Origin: Eledone cirrhosa | Lineage: Eukaryota | Assembly (NCBI GenBank): GCA_964016885.1 | Contig: OZ024745.1 | Span: forward strand, 87,482,001-87,546,000 | Reading direction: 5' to 3' | Length of the DNA: 64,000 bases | Shown here: in pieces, positions 50,606 to 62,902 of the stretch | Layout: each line of letters begins with the position of its first letter | Numbering within the stretch: the stretch's first letter is position 1 | The notes under the pieces: generated by a model | The model's input: the letters and a program-made list of their open reading frames with translations, nothing else | Told to the model about the DNA's origin: nothing | Database searches by the model: none | Position numbers and translations under genes: made by a program

Positions 50606-53530
50606 ACACAGAGTAGTTGCCGCTGACACCAGACCAGGTGTCATACCGACAGCCATTACTGGCACAACAAAAGTCACACCAGTGCTGCTGCTGAATGTCA
50701 GAGGCCTGCTGAAACTCAGTAACATGAGTAAAATTTCCTACGTGGGAGACTTAGCAATAAGCAAACAAGCATTATGCATGGCACTAACCGAAACGCATCT
50801 GACAAGCAGTATAGCAGTTGTAGAAATACATATACCAAAATATACTGTATTTCGTTCGGACAGGAAGGAGAGAACTCATGGTGGGGTTGCTCTGTCTATC
50901 CGTGAAGATGTCACACCAATTGTACTGTTGACACATTCAAACTCAGTCTGTGACACACTGATAGTACATATGAAGCAACTAAAGACAGCAGTAATATGTG
51001 TCACATATCGGCCGCCCGATGCCCCCAGTCATGGGGGTAAATTTGAGGATAGCCTAAGTAGGATAGAAGAGGTCCTTGACAAACAGGACTAGGGTCTCAA
51101 CATTCTACTGCTGGGAGACTTCAACCTACCAAAGGTCAAATGGCCTGAGGGCCACCTACTCCCTGGAATGATGTCAATAGAACAGAGACAGACGGAATCC
51201 CTGCTGGCCCTCACACACAGGCTGTTCATGGAGCAAGCGATACTCCTCCCAACAATAGGCGAAAATGTCCTGGACCTCTGTTTTACAAACAACGAAGTGC
51301 TCATCCACAATGTAAAGGTGACACCAACAATTCTCTCGGATCATAACTTAGTAGAACTAATGATATGTGGTCCGAGAGAACCAACAGATACAAAACCACC
51401 AAGAAGCTCCGGGAAGTTATCCAGCCTTAACTTCTACAAGGCTAACTGGAAGAAGATTAAGAGAGAATCCAGAAGCAATCATGGAGTAAAAACACCGCCA
51501 CACAAGACACTAACGCACAATTTCAACACTTCATGACAACGATACACACTATATGCAAAAAGTTTGTCCCGGAGAAAAAGGCAAACAGACACAAAAATCT
51601 TATTCCCAGAGATAGGAAAATCCTTATGAGACGTAGAACCAAGCTCTCAAACCAGTTGAATGCTCAACAAGAAAACAAAAACAAGAAGGAATCCTATTTG
51701 AAATGTGTACTACTTGGCACCGAGTTTGCACTCAAACTTTCCGATGAAAATGAGAGGGCAAAGAAAGAGAACAGGGCCATCGAAAACATCAAAACAAACC
51801 CTAAGGCCTTCTTTAAATTTGCAAAAGAAACTGCCTCGGTACACTGCAAGATTGGGCCACTCTTTCATTAACCGAAAACCCCCAAGAGATATGTGAAATA
51901 CTGAACGAACAGTACAAAAGTGTCTTCACATGTCCACTGAGGCACATGCAAATAACGAAGCCAGAGGAGTTCTTTGATGCCACAACACTACATGAAGAAA
52001 TGGCGACCATCAAACACATAGACATAATGGAGGAGGATGTGGTGTACGCCATAGATGAAATTAGAACAGACTCAGCTGCTGGACCTGATGGATTCCAAGC
52101 AGTTCTCTTAAAAACATGTAAGCGGGCCTTAGCAACTCCACTGAAGATGCTCTTCAGAAGCTCCCTGACTAGCGGTGTACTACCCAGTGAGCTGCAAGAA
52201 GGCACAATATGCCCTATCCATAAAGGAGGTAGCAGATCAGACGCCAAAAACTATAGACCAGTCTCCCTGACGTCACATATCATAAGGTCATGGAGCGAGT
52301 CATCAGAAAGAAACTGATCACTTTCCTCGAGGAAAATGACCGCCTGCCTAGCACGCAAAATGGCTTCCGCCCAGGAAGAAGCTGCCTTACACAGCTGCTA
52401 CATCACTACGACTGGGTACTGAAACAACTACTAGACAGCTCACATGTGGACGTGATATATCTTGACTTTGCGAAGGTCTTTCACAAGGTTGACCACGGAA
52501 TGATATGTCACAAACTACACGGACTCGGCATAACTGGAAAAAGTAGGTGAGTGGCTGCATGACTTCCTAAAGGACAGAAGCTAGACAGTCGCAGCAAATA
52601 GGGCCCTCTCAAAGGAAACACCAATAACAAGTGGGGTGCCCAAGGGGACAGTCCTGGGACCACTACTGTTTGTGGTGGCTCTCTCAGACATACCCTCTAT
52701 AGTACATACAACAACATCCCTCACTAGCTATGCTGATGACACTAAGGTAGCACAGGCAATCAAAAACCCGGCTGACGGTGCCCTTTTACAACAAGATCTG
52801 GAAGCCATATACAAATGGGCGGAAGAAAACAACATGCAGTTTAATGCTGGCAAATTCCAAGCCCTACAATACAAACCTCTAAACAAACCTGCAAACACAC
52901 ATATAGTACAACACAACTACACAGGACCAGGGGGGACCGATATCCCCGTGTTTAAATCGATACGAGACCTGGGCATAGACATGAGCGATGGTGCATCTTT
53001 TTCTTCACACATCATGAAAGTGGCGACAATGTGCAGACGACTCGCTGGCTGGATCTTGAGGACTTTCCGGACAAGAGACCGAGACACCATGTTGACACTA
53101 TGGAGGACATTTGTCCTAAGCCGCCTGGACAACTACTCCCAGTTGTGGTCACCCCATAGTGTCAACCTAACCGCGGAGCTTGAGGCAATGCAGCGAAGCA
53201 ACACCAAGATGATTGCCACGATGGAGGAGACAAGCTACTGGGAGAGGCTAAAGGAGCTGAACCTCTACTCCTTGGAACGAAGACGGGAGAGATACGCAGT
53301 GATCTACATGTGGAAAATCCTGGAGGGACTAGCATCAAACTTTGGCATTGGGTTGCTGGACCAACCGTCGAACAGGACGTCACTGTGTGGTGCCAAAGGT
53401 CCCGTCTTCCACATCTAGAATAAGGAGCAGGTATTGTAATAGCCTGGGATTCAAGGGCCCTCAACTCTTCAACAAGCTGCCGAGGGATCTGAGAGATTTG
53501 CATGACATGGAGGTGGATGTCTTCAAGAAA
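50606..53530 (+). mobile_element. CR1-group LINE ORF2 (APE endonuclease + RT), frameshifted, 3' end missing; same family as 34169-35567
   Basis: LNVRGL, LTETHL, GGVAL, YRPP, GDFN, LDL, SDH, AGPDG, NYRPVSL, GFRPGRSC and YADD. Confidence 0.92.
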
Positions 53531-53543
53531 CATATATATGCAA

Positions 53544-53737
53544 GTATCGGTTTACCGAACATTTATTATAATGCTCAGTTTGTTTGTAAACAAACAAACA
53601 GCCCGAATTACGCCGTACAGTGTCAGTGTTGAACAAAAAGGTGACGTGGTTGCCTAAACACTGTACGTCATAATTCGGGCTGTTTGTTTGTTTCCAAATA
53701 AACCGAGCATTATAATAAATGTTCGGTAAACCGATAC
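53544..53737. repeat. Palindrome with ~75-bp arms related to the H5 repeat
   Basis: gtatcggtttaccgaacatttattataatgctc.. pairs with ..gagcattataataaatgttcggtaaaccgatac. The arms resemble 54460-54525. Confidence 0.85.
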
Positions 53738-53749
53738 GGGACCCAATAC

Positions 53750-54068
53750 AAAAATAATTCAGTCGATGGAAAAAAGCTAACGCGGACTAAATCCCAATCC
53801 ATTGAAAACTTCACTGCCTTCATGGTCAGTGGCAAATCCAAAAGAATCAATCACGGACATTGAGGTTAATCAGTGAGGAGTGGGGTGTTAAAAAGACAGT
53901 AGCCAAGTTTAATACTATGAACGATAATAGTAATTTAGGCAAATTTTTGCTCAACAAAATAATTTGGAGATAATTATAAAGGATTAGTATATCTACCAAC
54001 ATATTTATACATATATTTAAGTAACAGCCGTACTAAGAGTGAGAAATGAAATTTCGTTTCATTTATCC

Positions 54069-54108
<40 letters not shown>

Positions 54109-54280
54109 AAGAATTAATATATCTTCCAACATATTACTATAATTTTCTTATTTTACGTCTTTTATATAATAGTTCTACATCTCTTTGTATTGAACCACAA
54201 AGTTACTAAGACAAAACCTATATCTCTGCTAGCGTAAGTATACATCTGTATAAATATGTTGATAGATATATTAATTCTTT
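53750..54280. repeat. Diverged relative of the 11273-12245 repeat, also with an inverted part
   Basis: aaaataattcagt..ggcaaat..aaagaatcaatcacg is shared with 11478-11720, and 54130-54280 resembles 12090-12240. Confidence 0.7.
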
Positions 54281-54567
54281 ATATATACATATATATATAT
54301 ATATTTGGGAAAAATGAAACGAAATTTCATTTCTCACTCTAAGTACGGCTGTTAATTAAATATAAGTATGTATACGTACATATATGTATACAGATATACA
54401 GTAGTATGTATATATATATATACATACATGCACACATATATATATGTACGTATGGATTCACCGAACATTTATTATAATGCTCGGTGTGTTTGTAAGCAAA
54501 CATCCCGAATTAAGCCGTACAGTGTCTTGCAACCATAGTTGCTCATTTGTTCAACACTGACAAAGGA

Positions 54568-54610
54568 ACGCTGTACTAGTTTCAAGCTTATTAGCTATCG
54601 TCAGCAACGT
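54568..54610 (-). ncRNA. Minimal type I hammerhead (H5)
   Basis: ACGUUG-CUGACGA-U[AGCU-AAUA-AGCU]U-GAAA-CUAG-UA-CAGCGU, with palindromic stem III ACUAGU. Confidence 0.85.
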
Positions 54611-54839
54611 ATACCTTCCTGCCAGATGGTTGAACGTCTGAACGTATATACTTTCCTTATGCATATTAACGGCTGAGTCGCCTAATTTGCATATCGAGTG
54701 AGTTAATCGGCCGGGATACCGAAAACGATGAACGGAAAAAATGAAAGGAAATTTCATTTCTCACTCTTAGTACGGCTGTTACTTAAATATAAGTATGTAT
54801 ACGTACATACATATATGTATACAGACGTACAGTAGTATG

Positions 54840-54938
<99 letters not shown>

Positions 54939-55108
54939 CATACATGCACACATATATATATGTACGTATCGATTCACCGATTAACCCGATTCACCGATTT
55001 CACCCCGGCCGATTAACTCACTCGATATGCAAATTAGGCTACTCAGCCGTTAATATACATAGGGAAAGTATATACTTTCAGACCTTCAACCATCTGTCAG
55101 GAAGGTAT

Positions 55109-55151
55109 ACGTTGCTGACGATAGCTAATAAGCTTGAAACTAGTACAGCGT
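55109..55151 (+). ncRNA. Minimal type I hammerhead (H5)
   Basis: Identical motif on the plus strand. Confidence 0.85.
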
Positions 55152-55425
55152 TCCTTTGTCGTTGTTGAACAAATGAACAACGATGGTTGCTAGACACTGT
55201 ACGGCTTAATTGGGGATGTTTGTTTACAAACACACCGAGCATTATAATAAATGTTCGGTGAATCCATACGTACATATATATATGTGTGCATGTCTGTATA
55301 TATATATATATATATATACATACTACTGTACGTCTGTATACATATATGTATGTACGTATACATACTTATACATATATATTCATATATATATATATATATA
55401 TATATATGTATACCCTTTTATATTC

Positions 55426-55519
<94 letters not shown>

Positions 55520-55524
55520 TATAA

Positions 55525-56129
55525 AAGGGTTTGGATATTCCGACAGGCACTAAGTACCTACAGAAATATGCATGGTGTTTATAATAGCTGTGGTTCGATG
55601 GTACTAATTTGAGATACCAGAACTATAAAAGTGAGCGGAACAAGTAATCATCAAACAATCTTTTAAATTAATTAAAAACGATTTAAATATTCACGTGTTC
55701 TATTGCCGCTATTGCCGTTTCCGACGGTTTCACTTATCAAAAGATTGGAAATTCGGAGAATTTCCAATGGAAAGAATTAGATCTTCAGACAGATATTTCC
55801 ATACTATAATGGTATAAAACCTCATAGTAAGTTAATATTTCGCTTCCTGCCCGTTGCATGCGGTCAAGCCGTTAAAGTGACTTACACACAAAAGTAACGA
55901 CATGAGTAAAAGCGGGTTATTTTAAACTTGTTGACCATGCCGCTAAAAATAGCAGCGCGATACAACGTTTTGTTCTCTACATATCGGAGAAAAGATATAA
56001 ATGGGTATGGATATTCCGACAGGCACTAAGTACCTATAGAAATATGCATAGTGTTTATAATAGTTGTGGTTCGTTGGTACTAATTTGAGATACCAGAACT
56101 ATAAAAATGAGCGGAACAAGTAATCATCA
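55525..56129 (-). mobile_element. Family H1 element: 476-bp unit with ~127-bp terminal direct repeats
   Basis: 55527-55651 is repeated at 56003-56128. Homologous to 543-915. Confidence 0.8.
55714..55793 (-). ncRNA. Hammerhead H1, probably inactive copy
   Basis: Same fold as 625-704, but the cleavage triplet is GAA instead of GUA and stem I is weaker. Confidence 0.65.
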
Positions 56130-56657
56130 TATAGCTAACATGTTAAATATTTAACAATGACTTGATAATTATAAGTTAACTGCCCTACACTATCTCTCAC
56201 TTAAGCGCATTAGCATTTCTTAGCTATAAATCACCTAAATTTCTAAATTCTCAAGGAGTTAATTTCCTTGAAACCTGTCTCTAATTAGTAAGGTAAATAT
56301 CCTCAGGCGGCCATCTTGTTATGCATAGGCAGACATCGCTTAATACAGCCTCGACAGATGAATAATGCTTGCCTATAAGAAAAATTAAGTAGATCCAAAA
56401 CACCGTTGTGAAATACCAATATATGGAACATTACATTCATATAACCTTCTTTCTTTACTTACTTTATATTTCTTATTCCATAGGATATTTATAAATATTT
56501 TCATTATTCTTTGAAGTTCTGAAGAGTCTCTCCATTTTTTACCTAAGTTACTTATCTTCATCTGAACCAGATCAATAAGGATCTATAATCAATTGATGCA
56601 TAAACATTATATGGAGTAGCGAAACAATTGTAAACGGACATTATTATTATTATTAAT

Positions 56658-56847
56658 GGGCGGTGGATTGGCAGTATCGGTAGAGGGTCGGACGCCATGC
56701 TTTCCAGCATAGTTACGTCCCTTTTACGATCTGAGTTCAAATCCCGACGAGGTTGACTTTGCCTTTCATCCTGACGGGGTCGATAAAATAAAGTACCAGT
56801 AATGCACTGGGTAATTGCTGGCCTTGTGCCAAAAGTAGAAACAATTA
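56658..56847 (+). mobile_element. Full-length S1 SINE flanked by (ATT)n
   Basis: Matches 15431-15620. Confidence 0.9.
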
Positions 56848-56898
56848 TTATTATTATTAACATTCCTTACAATAATTACACTCCTTATTATTATTATT

Positions 56899-57244
56899 GT
56901 TCTTTGAGTCTCAGTCATTCATTGATGTTAGTTAACAGGAAAGTTTGTTGAAATGAATATCAAGCCACTACCTGCAGCCTCAGATATTCAGGACGTATCG
57001 GAGGGTTCTTGCTGTTCCCAGCAAGCATGCCTTTTGAAGCGTTCCAAAAAGCGTGGCGGGGACAAATTTCTTTAACCATCCCTGGAAACCTTTTGAGATA
57101 GTACCTAGTGCGCCTATGACAATCGGGACCACTTTGACATCATGGCAGTTCCAAATCTTTTTACCTCCCACTTTAAGTCTTGGTATCGGTTAATTTTCCC
57201 CCCTCCTCCTCTTGCACTCTCGTGTCGAATGGGCAGGCCACATC

Positions 57245-57245
<1 letters not shown>
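56899..57245 (-). mobile_element. Dong family B short 3' fragment between (TAA)n tracts
   Basis: PIVIGALG..LLGTARTLRYVL, with a 3' UTR near-identical to 47146-47225. Confidence 0.9.
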
Positions 57246-57275
<30 letters not shown>

Positions 57276-57490
57276 GAATGCTATGGTTGACGGGGGCTCG
57301 GCTCTGTAAGGTACTGTAAATTTTGAACGCTATAACAATTGTAAATTGTTTAAAACTTAGACCAACTTGTAGACAAAAACACCCTCCTCCTCGTGAGAGG
57401 GGTCTTTCTGCCCGTTATTTGGCCCTTCGGGGTTAAATAACTGCTTATCGGGGTTTTGTACCCAATATTTATTTTTAACAAAAAAACAAC

Positions 57491-58882
57491 ATGGTTACGA
57501 AAAAGAATTTGCATAGGTCACTCCCACTCATTCCGTCTTCTTTTTCCTCAATCGTCACTACAGCAGAGAGAAGATTGTCTCTCCCCCTCCCTTCTTTAAA
57601 TGTGTCTCTCTCCCTCCCTTCTCTTTCGCAAGCGACGAAAGAAAAGAAAAGTCTCGTGCAAAGCGTGCAAGGTTTCTCCACGACGACGACGACAGCGACG
57701 AAACAGGTGTGCGGGAAATACGAAAACCCAGTTCATTCGTCTGACGTCAGGAATAATAGCAGTAGCAGCCGTAATAACAACAGCAACAGTGACAATGAAA
57801 ACAACAGTAGCAGCCTCAACAGCATCACCAGCAGCATAAACAACAACAGCATTAGCAGCAGCAACACCAACAACAACCACAGCAACAGCGGCGGAGGCAG
57901 TAGTCGTAGTAACTGCAGCAACAACAAAAGTAACAGCAGCTCTGACGACAACAACAACAACAGCAGCAAAGAAAAACCAATCTCATTTGCAGGTATTGCG
58001 AAAAACATGGAAACAATCCTCATAACAAATGAGGAATTAGAGGAAGCGAAGAAGATGGTGACAAAGAATGGACACCGAGCAATCTGCAAGGCAGCGGAAA
58101 ACTTTTTCGAAACCCAACAGCACTGTACGGTCACGTACCGTACAGTAAGTACAAAATCCGGTAGGGTGGAAAGATCCACAGAGGCCCAAATACAAAAAGC
58201 CTTCGGGTCTGTGTGGCAGCGGAAGACGCACATCACCCGAGGCCAAAAATATGCCACCGTAGACGTACTTTTTGCCACACCCCAGGAGGCAAAGGCCCAA
58301 TCCGTAGTGACCCTAAGGAGCGAGGAAATGGTGTTGGTGCCCTCCTACTGCGGGAAAAAAATTGTGAGGGTCAAACTGACCCACGTCCCCCCGAGAATGG
58401 CCCCTTCTTGGCTGGCCACGTCTGTCCTCGTCGGAATCGAGGACGAAACAACTGTACTGCAAGTACAGAAAAAAGTAAGAGAAGATTGGGTCGGCACCTC
58501 CATTGAGATGCTAATCCAAACCAACCAGGAGTGCATCGAAGCTATCCCGGATGTGATAGACTTCGATAACGGCACTCGACTGCCCATAAGTGTTGAGGGC
58601 AAACGCCCGAAATGCTTTCGCTGTGGATCGAAGACTCACCCCAGGGCCTTCTGCAACGAGAAGACCCTGAGAAAGGAGAAAACCCCCCTCCTTCCGAAAC
58701 CGGCTCCACGGCTACCAGCAACAGGACAAGCGGCAACCAGGAACGATAGGTCCGTGGCACCCATACCCACGCCACGGAAATCAAAAACAGCAGCAACAGT
58801 GGAAATATTAACAACAACAACAGCAATACCAAATGCAGCTGCAACAGACTCCAGTGCAAACATCACCAACAACAACAAGTGA
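57491..58882 (+). CDS. Tx1-type ORF1 (gag-like, CCHC zinc knuckle), 463 aa
   Basis: Open frame with an Asn/Ser-rich N-terminus, an RRM-like middle and VEGKRPKCFRCGSKTHPRAFC. Confidence 0.8.
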   Translation: MVTKKNLHRSLPLIPSSFSSIVTTAERRLSLPLPSLNVSLSLPSLSQATKEKKSLVQSVQGFSTTTTTATKQVCGKYENPVHSSDVRNNSSSSRNNNSNSDNENNSSSLNSITSSINNNSISSSNTNNNHSNSGGGSSRSNCSNNKSNSSSDDNNNNSSKEKPISFAGIAKNMETILITNEELEEAKKMVTKNGHRAICKAAENFFETQQHCTVTYRTVSTKSGRVERSTEAQIQKAFGSVWQRKTHITRGQKYATVDVLFATPQEAKAQSVVTLRSEEMVLVPSYCGKKIVRVKLTHVPPRMAPSWLATSVLVGIEDETTVLQVQKKVREDWVGTSIEMLIQTNQECIEAIPDVIDFDNGTRLPISVEGKRPKCFRCGSKTHPRAFCNEKTLRKEKTPLLPKPAPRLPATGQAATRNDRSVAPIPTPRKSKTAATVEILTTTTAIPNAAATDSSANITNNNK

Positions 58883-58884
58883 AA

Positions 58885-60116
58885 GAGTGGAGCAGGTCCT
58901 TGCCGTCCAACAGCGTCGTCGGACGCTGGACGGACGGACCGGTTAAATTGCTAGGGGTCTGGTTCGGTCCGGACCTCCAGACGGACAAAAACTGGGACGA
59001 GGTGACGAGCAGGGTGGCTTCTCTCACCCAGAAATGGGCCGAGAGGAAGCTATCCCTGAAAGGTCGAGCGGAGGTGGCTAACGCGTACATCGCGTCCGTC
59101 ATCTGCTACCGCCTGACCATCGTACCTTGTCCTAAGCCTCGCCTGACTGCGCTGGAGCGTTTGCTCTTTCGCTTTTTGTGGAAGGGACGCGCTCCGATGG
59201 TTAGGCGGTCCATCTGTTGTCAACACCCGCTACGTGGAGGGCTGGGCATGCCGTGGCTGATGATGCGCAGGCATGCGCTCAGGCTACGGCATCTACACCT
59301 CTTCCTTGACGGTGATCAGGTGTGGTCGCCGTTTGCTAGACACGTGTTCCCCAGCTCGTTTCCTTGACAGGGCTGCAGTCCTGGGTCAAGCGAAGACCGA
59401 GAGGGAGCGCCTGGAGACTGGAATGTCTTCAGGCGCTCACAGCCCTCGACCAATCGGGCAATGTGATCGGTGGAAACTCCACCTCGGCTTTCTATAGAGA
59501 ATTAGTAGAGGGGAAGAGCGACGACGTACTTGGGGAAAATCTAGGCGTCGACGAAAATCAACTAGCCAATCTCTTCGGAAGAACTTTCAGGCCAGGGCCT
59601 ATGGACAACTTCCAGAAATCTCTGGCCTGGCAGTGCTACCGAGGAGCCTTGCCAGTTCGGGATAAACTCTACAGGCATGGAGGTGCCGTCAGCCGGGCAT
59701 GTCCGAGATGCGCGCAGGGCGACGAAACCGTCCTGCACGCACTCGTCCAGTGTCCGAAAATTGCTGACTTGTGGGTTTATGTCGAACACCTGCTGTCGCG
59801 TTTAGGACGGATCCGGCTATCATCTGAGTCCATCGTGAGGATTGCCCCGCCCTCCTCCTTTAGCCGGGAAGGGCAGGCAGTTTTTATCTGTCTGGTGGCC
59901 ATGGCGAAAGAGATAGTATGGTGGACACGTTTGAAAGGGCTGAAGACGAGCACTTACCTCTTCGGTGATGCTCTGATTGACTTTTTCAAATTTCATTTGA
60001 AAAGGAAAATCAGAGTAGAGAGGGAAGTGCTCTCTTCCCAGCATGTTGTTGAAAGATGGGTGAGAGAAGCAAGAATGGCCCGAGTGAATGGGCCTACTCT
60101 GAGCATATATCTGTAA
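58885..60116 (+). pseudogene. Tx1 ORF2 C-terminal remnant (post-RT region + zf-RVT), frameshift ~59360
   Basis: VKLLGVWF, KLSLKGRAEVAN, GGLGMP, ALPVRDKL and CPRCAQGDETVLHALVQC. Confidence 0.85.
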
Positions 60117-60365
60117 ATTAAAGGTGGAAAACTGGGAGAGGGCACTTGCCTTGGTGGTCAGGGTCATTGTGGCTTTTTTACTGGACTTTCTCCACAAATG
60201 TCCCTCCGAAGTCTCCCCCCTATTGGGGAATTTTTCATTGGTATTTTTTATTACATCCTCTGTTTTTGTTTTTTACACGCAGAAATGCCCATTTGTACCG
60301 CCTTGCATTGTCCTGCACTGTCCTTAATGTCTACTTTACGTAAACCCTTGTGGTTAATAAAGAAA

Positions 60366-60454
<89 letters not shown>

Positions 60455-62858
60455 GTTCTTTGAGTCTCAGTCATTGATATTAGTTAACTGGAAAGTTTGT
60501 TGAAATGAATATCAAGCCACTACCTGCAGCCTAAGATATTCAGGACGTATCAGAAGGTTCTTGCTGTTCCCAGCAAGCATGCCTTTTGAAGCGTTCCAAA
60601 AAGCGTGGCGGGGCCAATTTTCTTTAACCATCCCTGGAAACTTTTTGAGATAGTACCTAGTGCGCCTATGACAAATCCTTATTACCTCCCACTTTAAGTC
60701 CTGGTATCGGTTAATGTTCTCCCTCTCCTTCTCTTGCACTCTCGTGTCGAATGGGCAGGCCACATCCACAATCAGGCACGCTCTTTTTTCCTTGTCCAAA
60801 ACCACCAGGTCAGGTCTATTGCGTTCCAGTTTCTTGTCCGTCAGTATCCTAAAATCCCACAGCACCTTCACCTGATCATTTTCTATCACCCACTCTGGCT
60901 TATGCTCGTACCACTTCTCAGAATGTGGTAAATTGTTTACTTTGCATAGGTGTCAGTGGATCACCCTGCCCATCTCATCATGTCTCGAGCCCTTATAGTG
61001 AGTCTGGGCTAGGGGCTTACACTCGGATACAATGTGAGCCACAGTCTCCTCTCTCTCTCTCTCCACATATCCTGCACAGTGGGCTAGCCTCCTCCTTGTA
61101 AATATGGTGTTTCAACCACTTCGTTTTGAGGGCCTGCTCTTGTGCAGCCATTAGCATTCCTTCTGTAGCCTTTTTATGTTCTCCTCTTTTCAACCAGTTC
61201 CATGTCTGTGGATCTCTGAATTCAGTTTTCTCAAATAAGGTACTATGAAGGGATATTTCATGACGGCTGCTCTTTCTCCTTGTTGTTATTTCCTCCTTGG
61301 ACATCCCCTGGTATATTGTCCTCTTCTTGAGTACAATTCTGAGCATTGGCTCCTTACTATCAGTCACGTATTTGTGTAGGTTGTTTTTCTCCATCTTAAC
61401 ACAGTCCTCTAGGTTGATAAGACCTCTTCCACCTTCAGATCTCCTTAAGTAGAGTCTATCGACATCACTCCTCTTGTGGAACATGTTGTAGGTAGTCAAT
61501 AGCTTCCTAGTCTTCCTATCCATTTCTTTTTGTTCAGCAACATTCCATCTCAGAATTCCCGCACTGTACCTAATAATAGACACAGCTCGGGTATTTACTG
61601 CACTTATGGCATTCCTACTGTTCAGATGTGACTTTAATATGCTCCTTACTCTCCGAATGTATTCAGATCTTATCAATTCCTTCATATTTTTTTCCTCTTG
61701 ATGTCATCAGCCTCCAGAACACCCAAATACTTGTATCCTTCTTCAGTGTCAATTTCCTTTATCATCTCACCTGTTGGTACCCGGATTCCGTTGCTTCTGC
61801 TCAATTTACCCCTCTTCATCACAAGGACTCCACACTTACTAATACCAAATTGCATAAATATATAATTGCTGAAAATACGGACAGTGTCAACAAGCACATC
61901 CAACTCATTCTCACTCTTCCCGAAGAGCTTAAGATCGTCCATGAAGAGGAGGTGATTGATGGTAAGCTCTCCCTTTCCCAACTTGTATCCTGCTCTCACT
62001 TTTCGCTGTATAATGGTCAGGGGCATCAGGGCAAGGACAAACAACAGAGGGGACAGACTATCTCCCTGGAAGATACCTCTCTTGATCTTCACGCCTCCCA
62101 AGGATTCTTCAGCTGATGTTAACTCTGTTTTCCAGGACTTCATACTTTTGCCCAACAACTGTCTGATGTTATCTGCCACCTTGAAGATCTCTAGGCTTTT
62201 GGTGATCCAAGAATGAGGGACCATGTCAAATGTCTTTTTGTAGTCTATCCATCCCATGGCAAGACCAGTGTGTCTCCGCTTGCAATTCCTCATTAGCATC
62301 TTATCAATAAGTAACTTGTCCTTTGCACCACGGGACTTCTTTCGGCATCCTTTCTGTTCGTCCGGTAACAAGTTGTTTGTGTAGAGGTGATGGTAGATTT
62401 CCTCAAACATAATGCTTATCAACAGTTTCCACATTACGGACAGACATCGGATAGGTCTATAGTTGGTAACAACATTACCCTTGATTCTGTCGTTCATTAC
62501 CAGAACTGTGGTACCTTTTGTCAACCACTCTGGTACCTCACCTGACATCAAGCAGTCATTGAACATGGTTGTCAGTTTCGGTTGGAGGGATGTTATATTT
62601 TTAATCCAATACCCCTGCACACCATCTAAGCCTGGTGATTTCCAGTTGGTTAGTTTTTTGGCCTGCTCCTTAAGAATTTCAACTCTGATACTCAAATCAG
62701 TTTGTTGGTGTGCCTGTTCACAGATCTCCTTTTGTACTGTCTCAATCCACACTTCCTGGTCATTATTTTTAACATCCTGCTCCCATATTCCTCTCCAGAA
62801 TGTTTTAGTTTGTTCCGCCTCAGGGATCAAGTCGTTGTCTCTTTCTTTCCCTTCAAGT
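60455..62858 (-). mobile_element. Dong family B, 5'-truncated (RT, CCHC, RLE)
   Basis: KSPGLD, NYRPI, GIFQGDSLSPLLF, FMDD, DVDRLY..EGGRGL and RPDLVVLD, with a (TAA)n tail at 60368-60453. Confidence 0.93.
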
Positions 62859-62902
62859 ATTATTATTATTATTATTCCCTTATTATTATTATTATTATTA
62901 TT

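Larger units (their letters stand above)
54310..55375. mobile_element. Non-coding hammerhead repeat, family H5: ~425-bp unit, partial tandem copy and inverted copy
   Basis: 54310-54465 is repeated at 54736-54980, and 55004-55370 is the reverse complement of 54362-54715. Confidence 0.8.
57276..60367 (+). mobile_element. Tx1/L1-clade element with internal deletion of APE and RT, inserted in (ATT)n
   Basis: 5'UTR, ORF1 and ORF2 C-terminus, with AATAAA at 60356 and (ATT)n on both sides. Confidence 0.88.

Noticed and set aside
57370-57455. HDV-like ribozyme in the Tx1 5'UTR (contains CCTCCTCGT)
   Set aside because: There is no convincing P1, P1.1 or P2 pairing, and simple hairpins explain the sequence.
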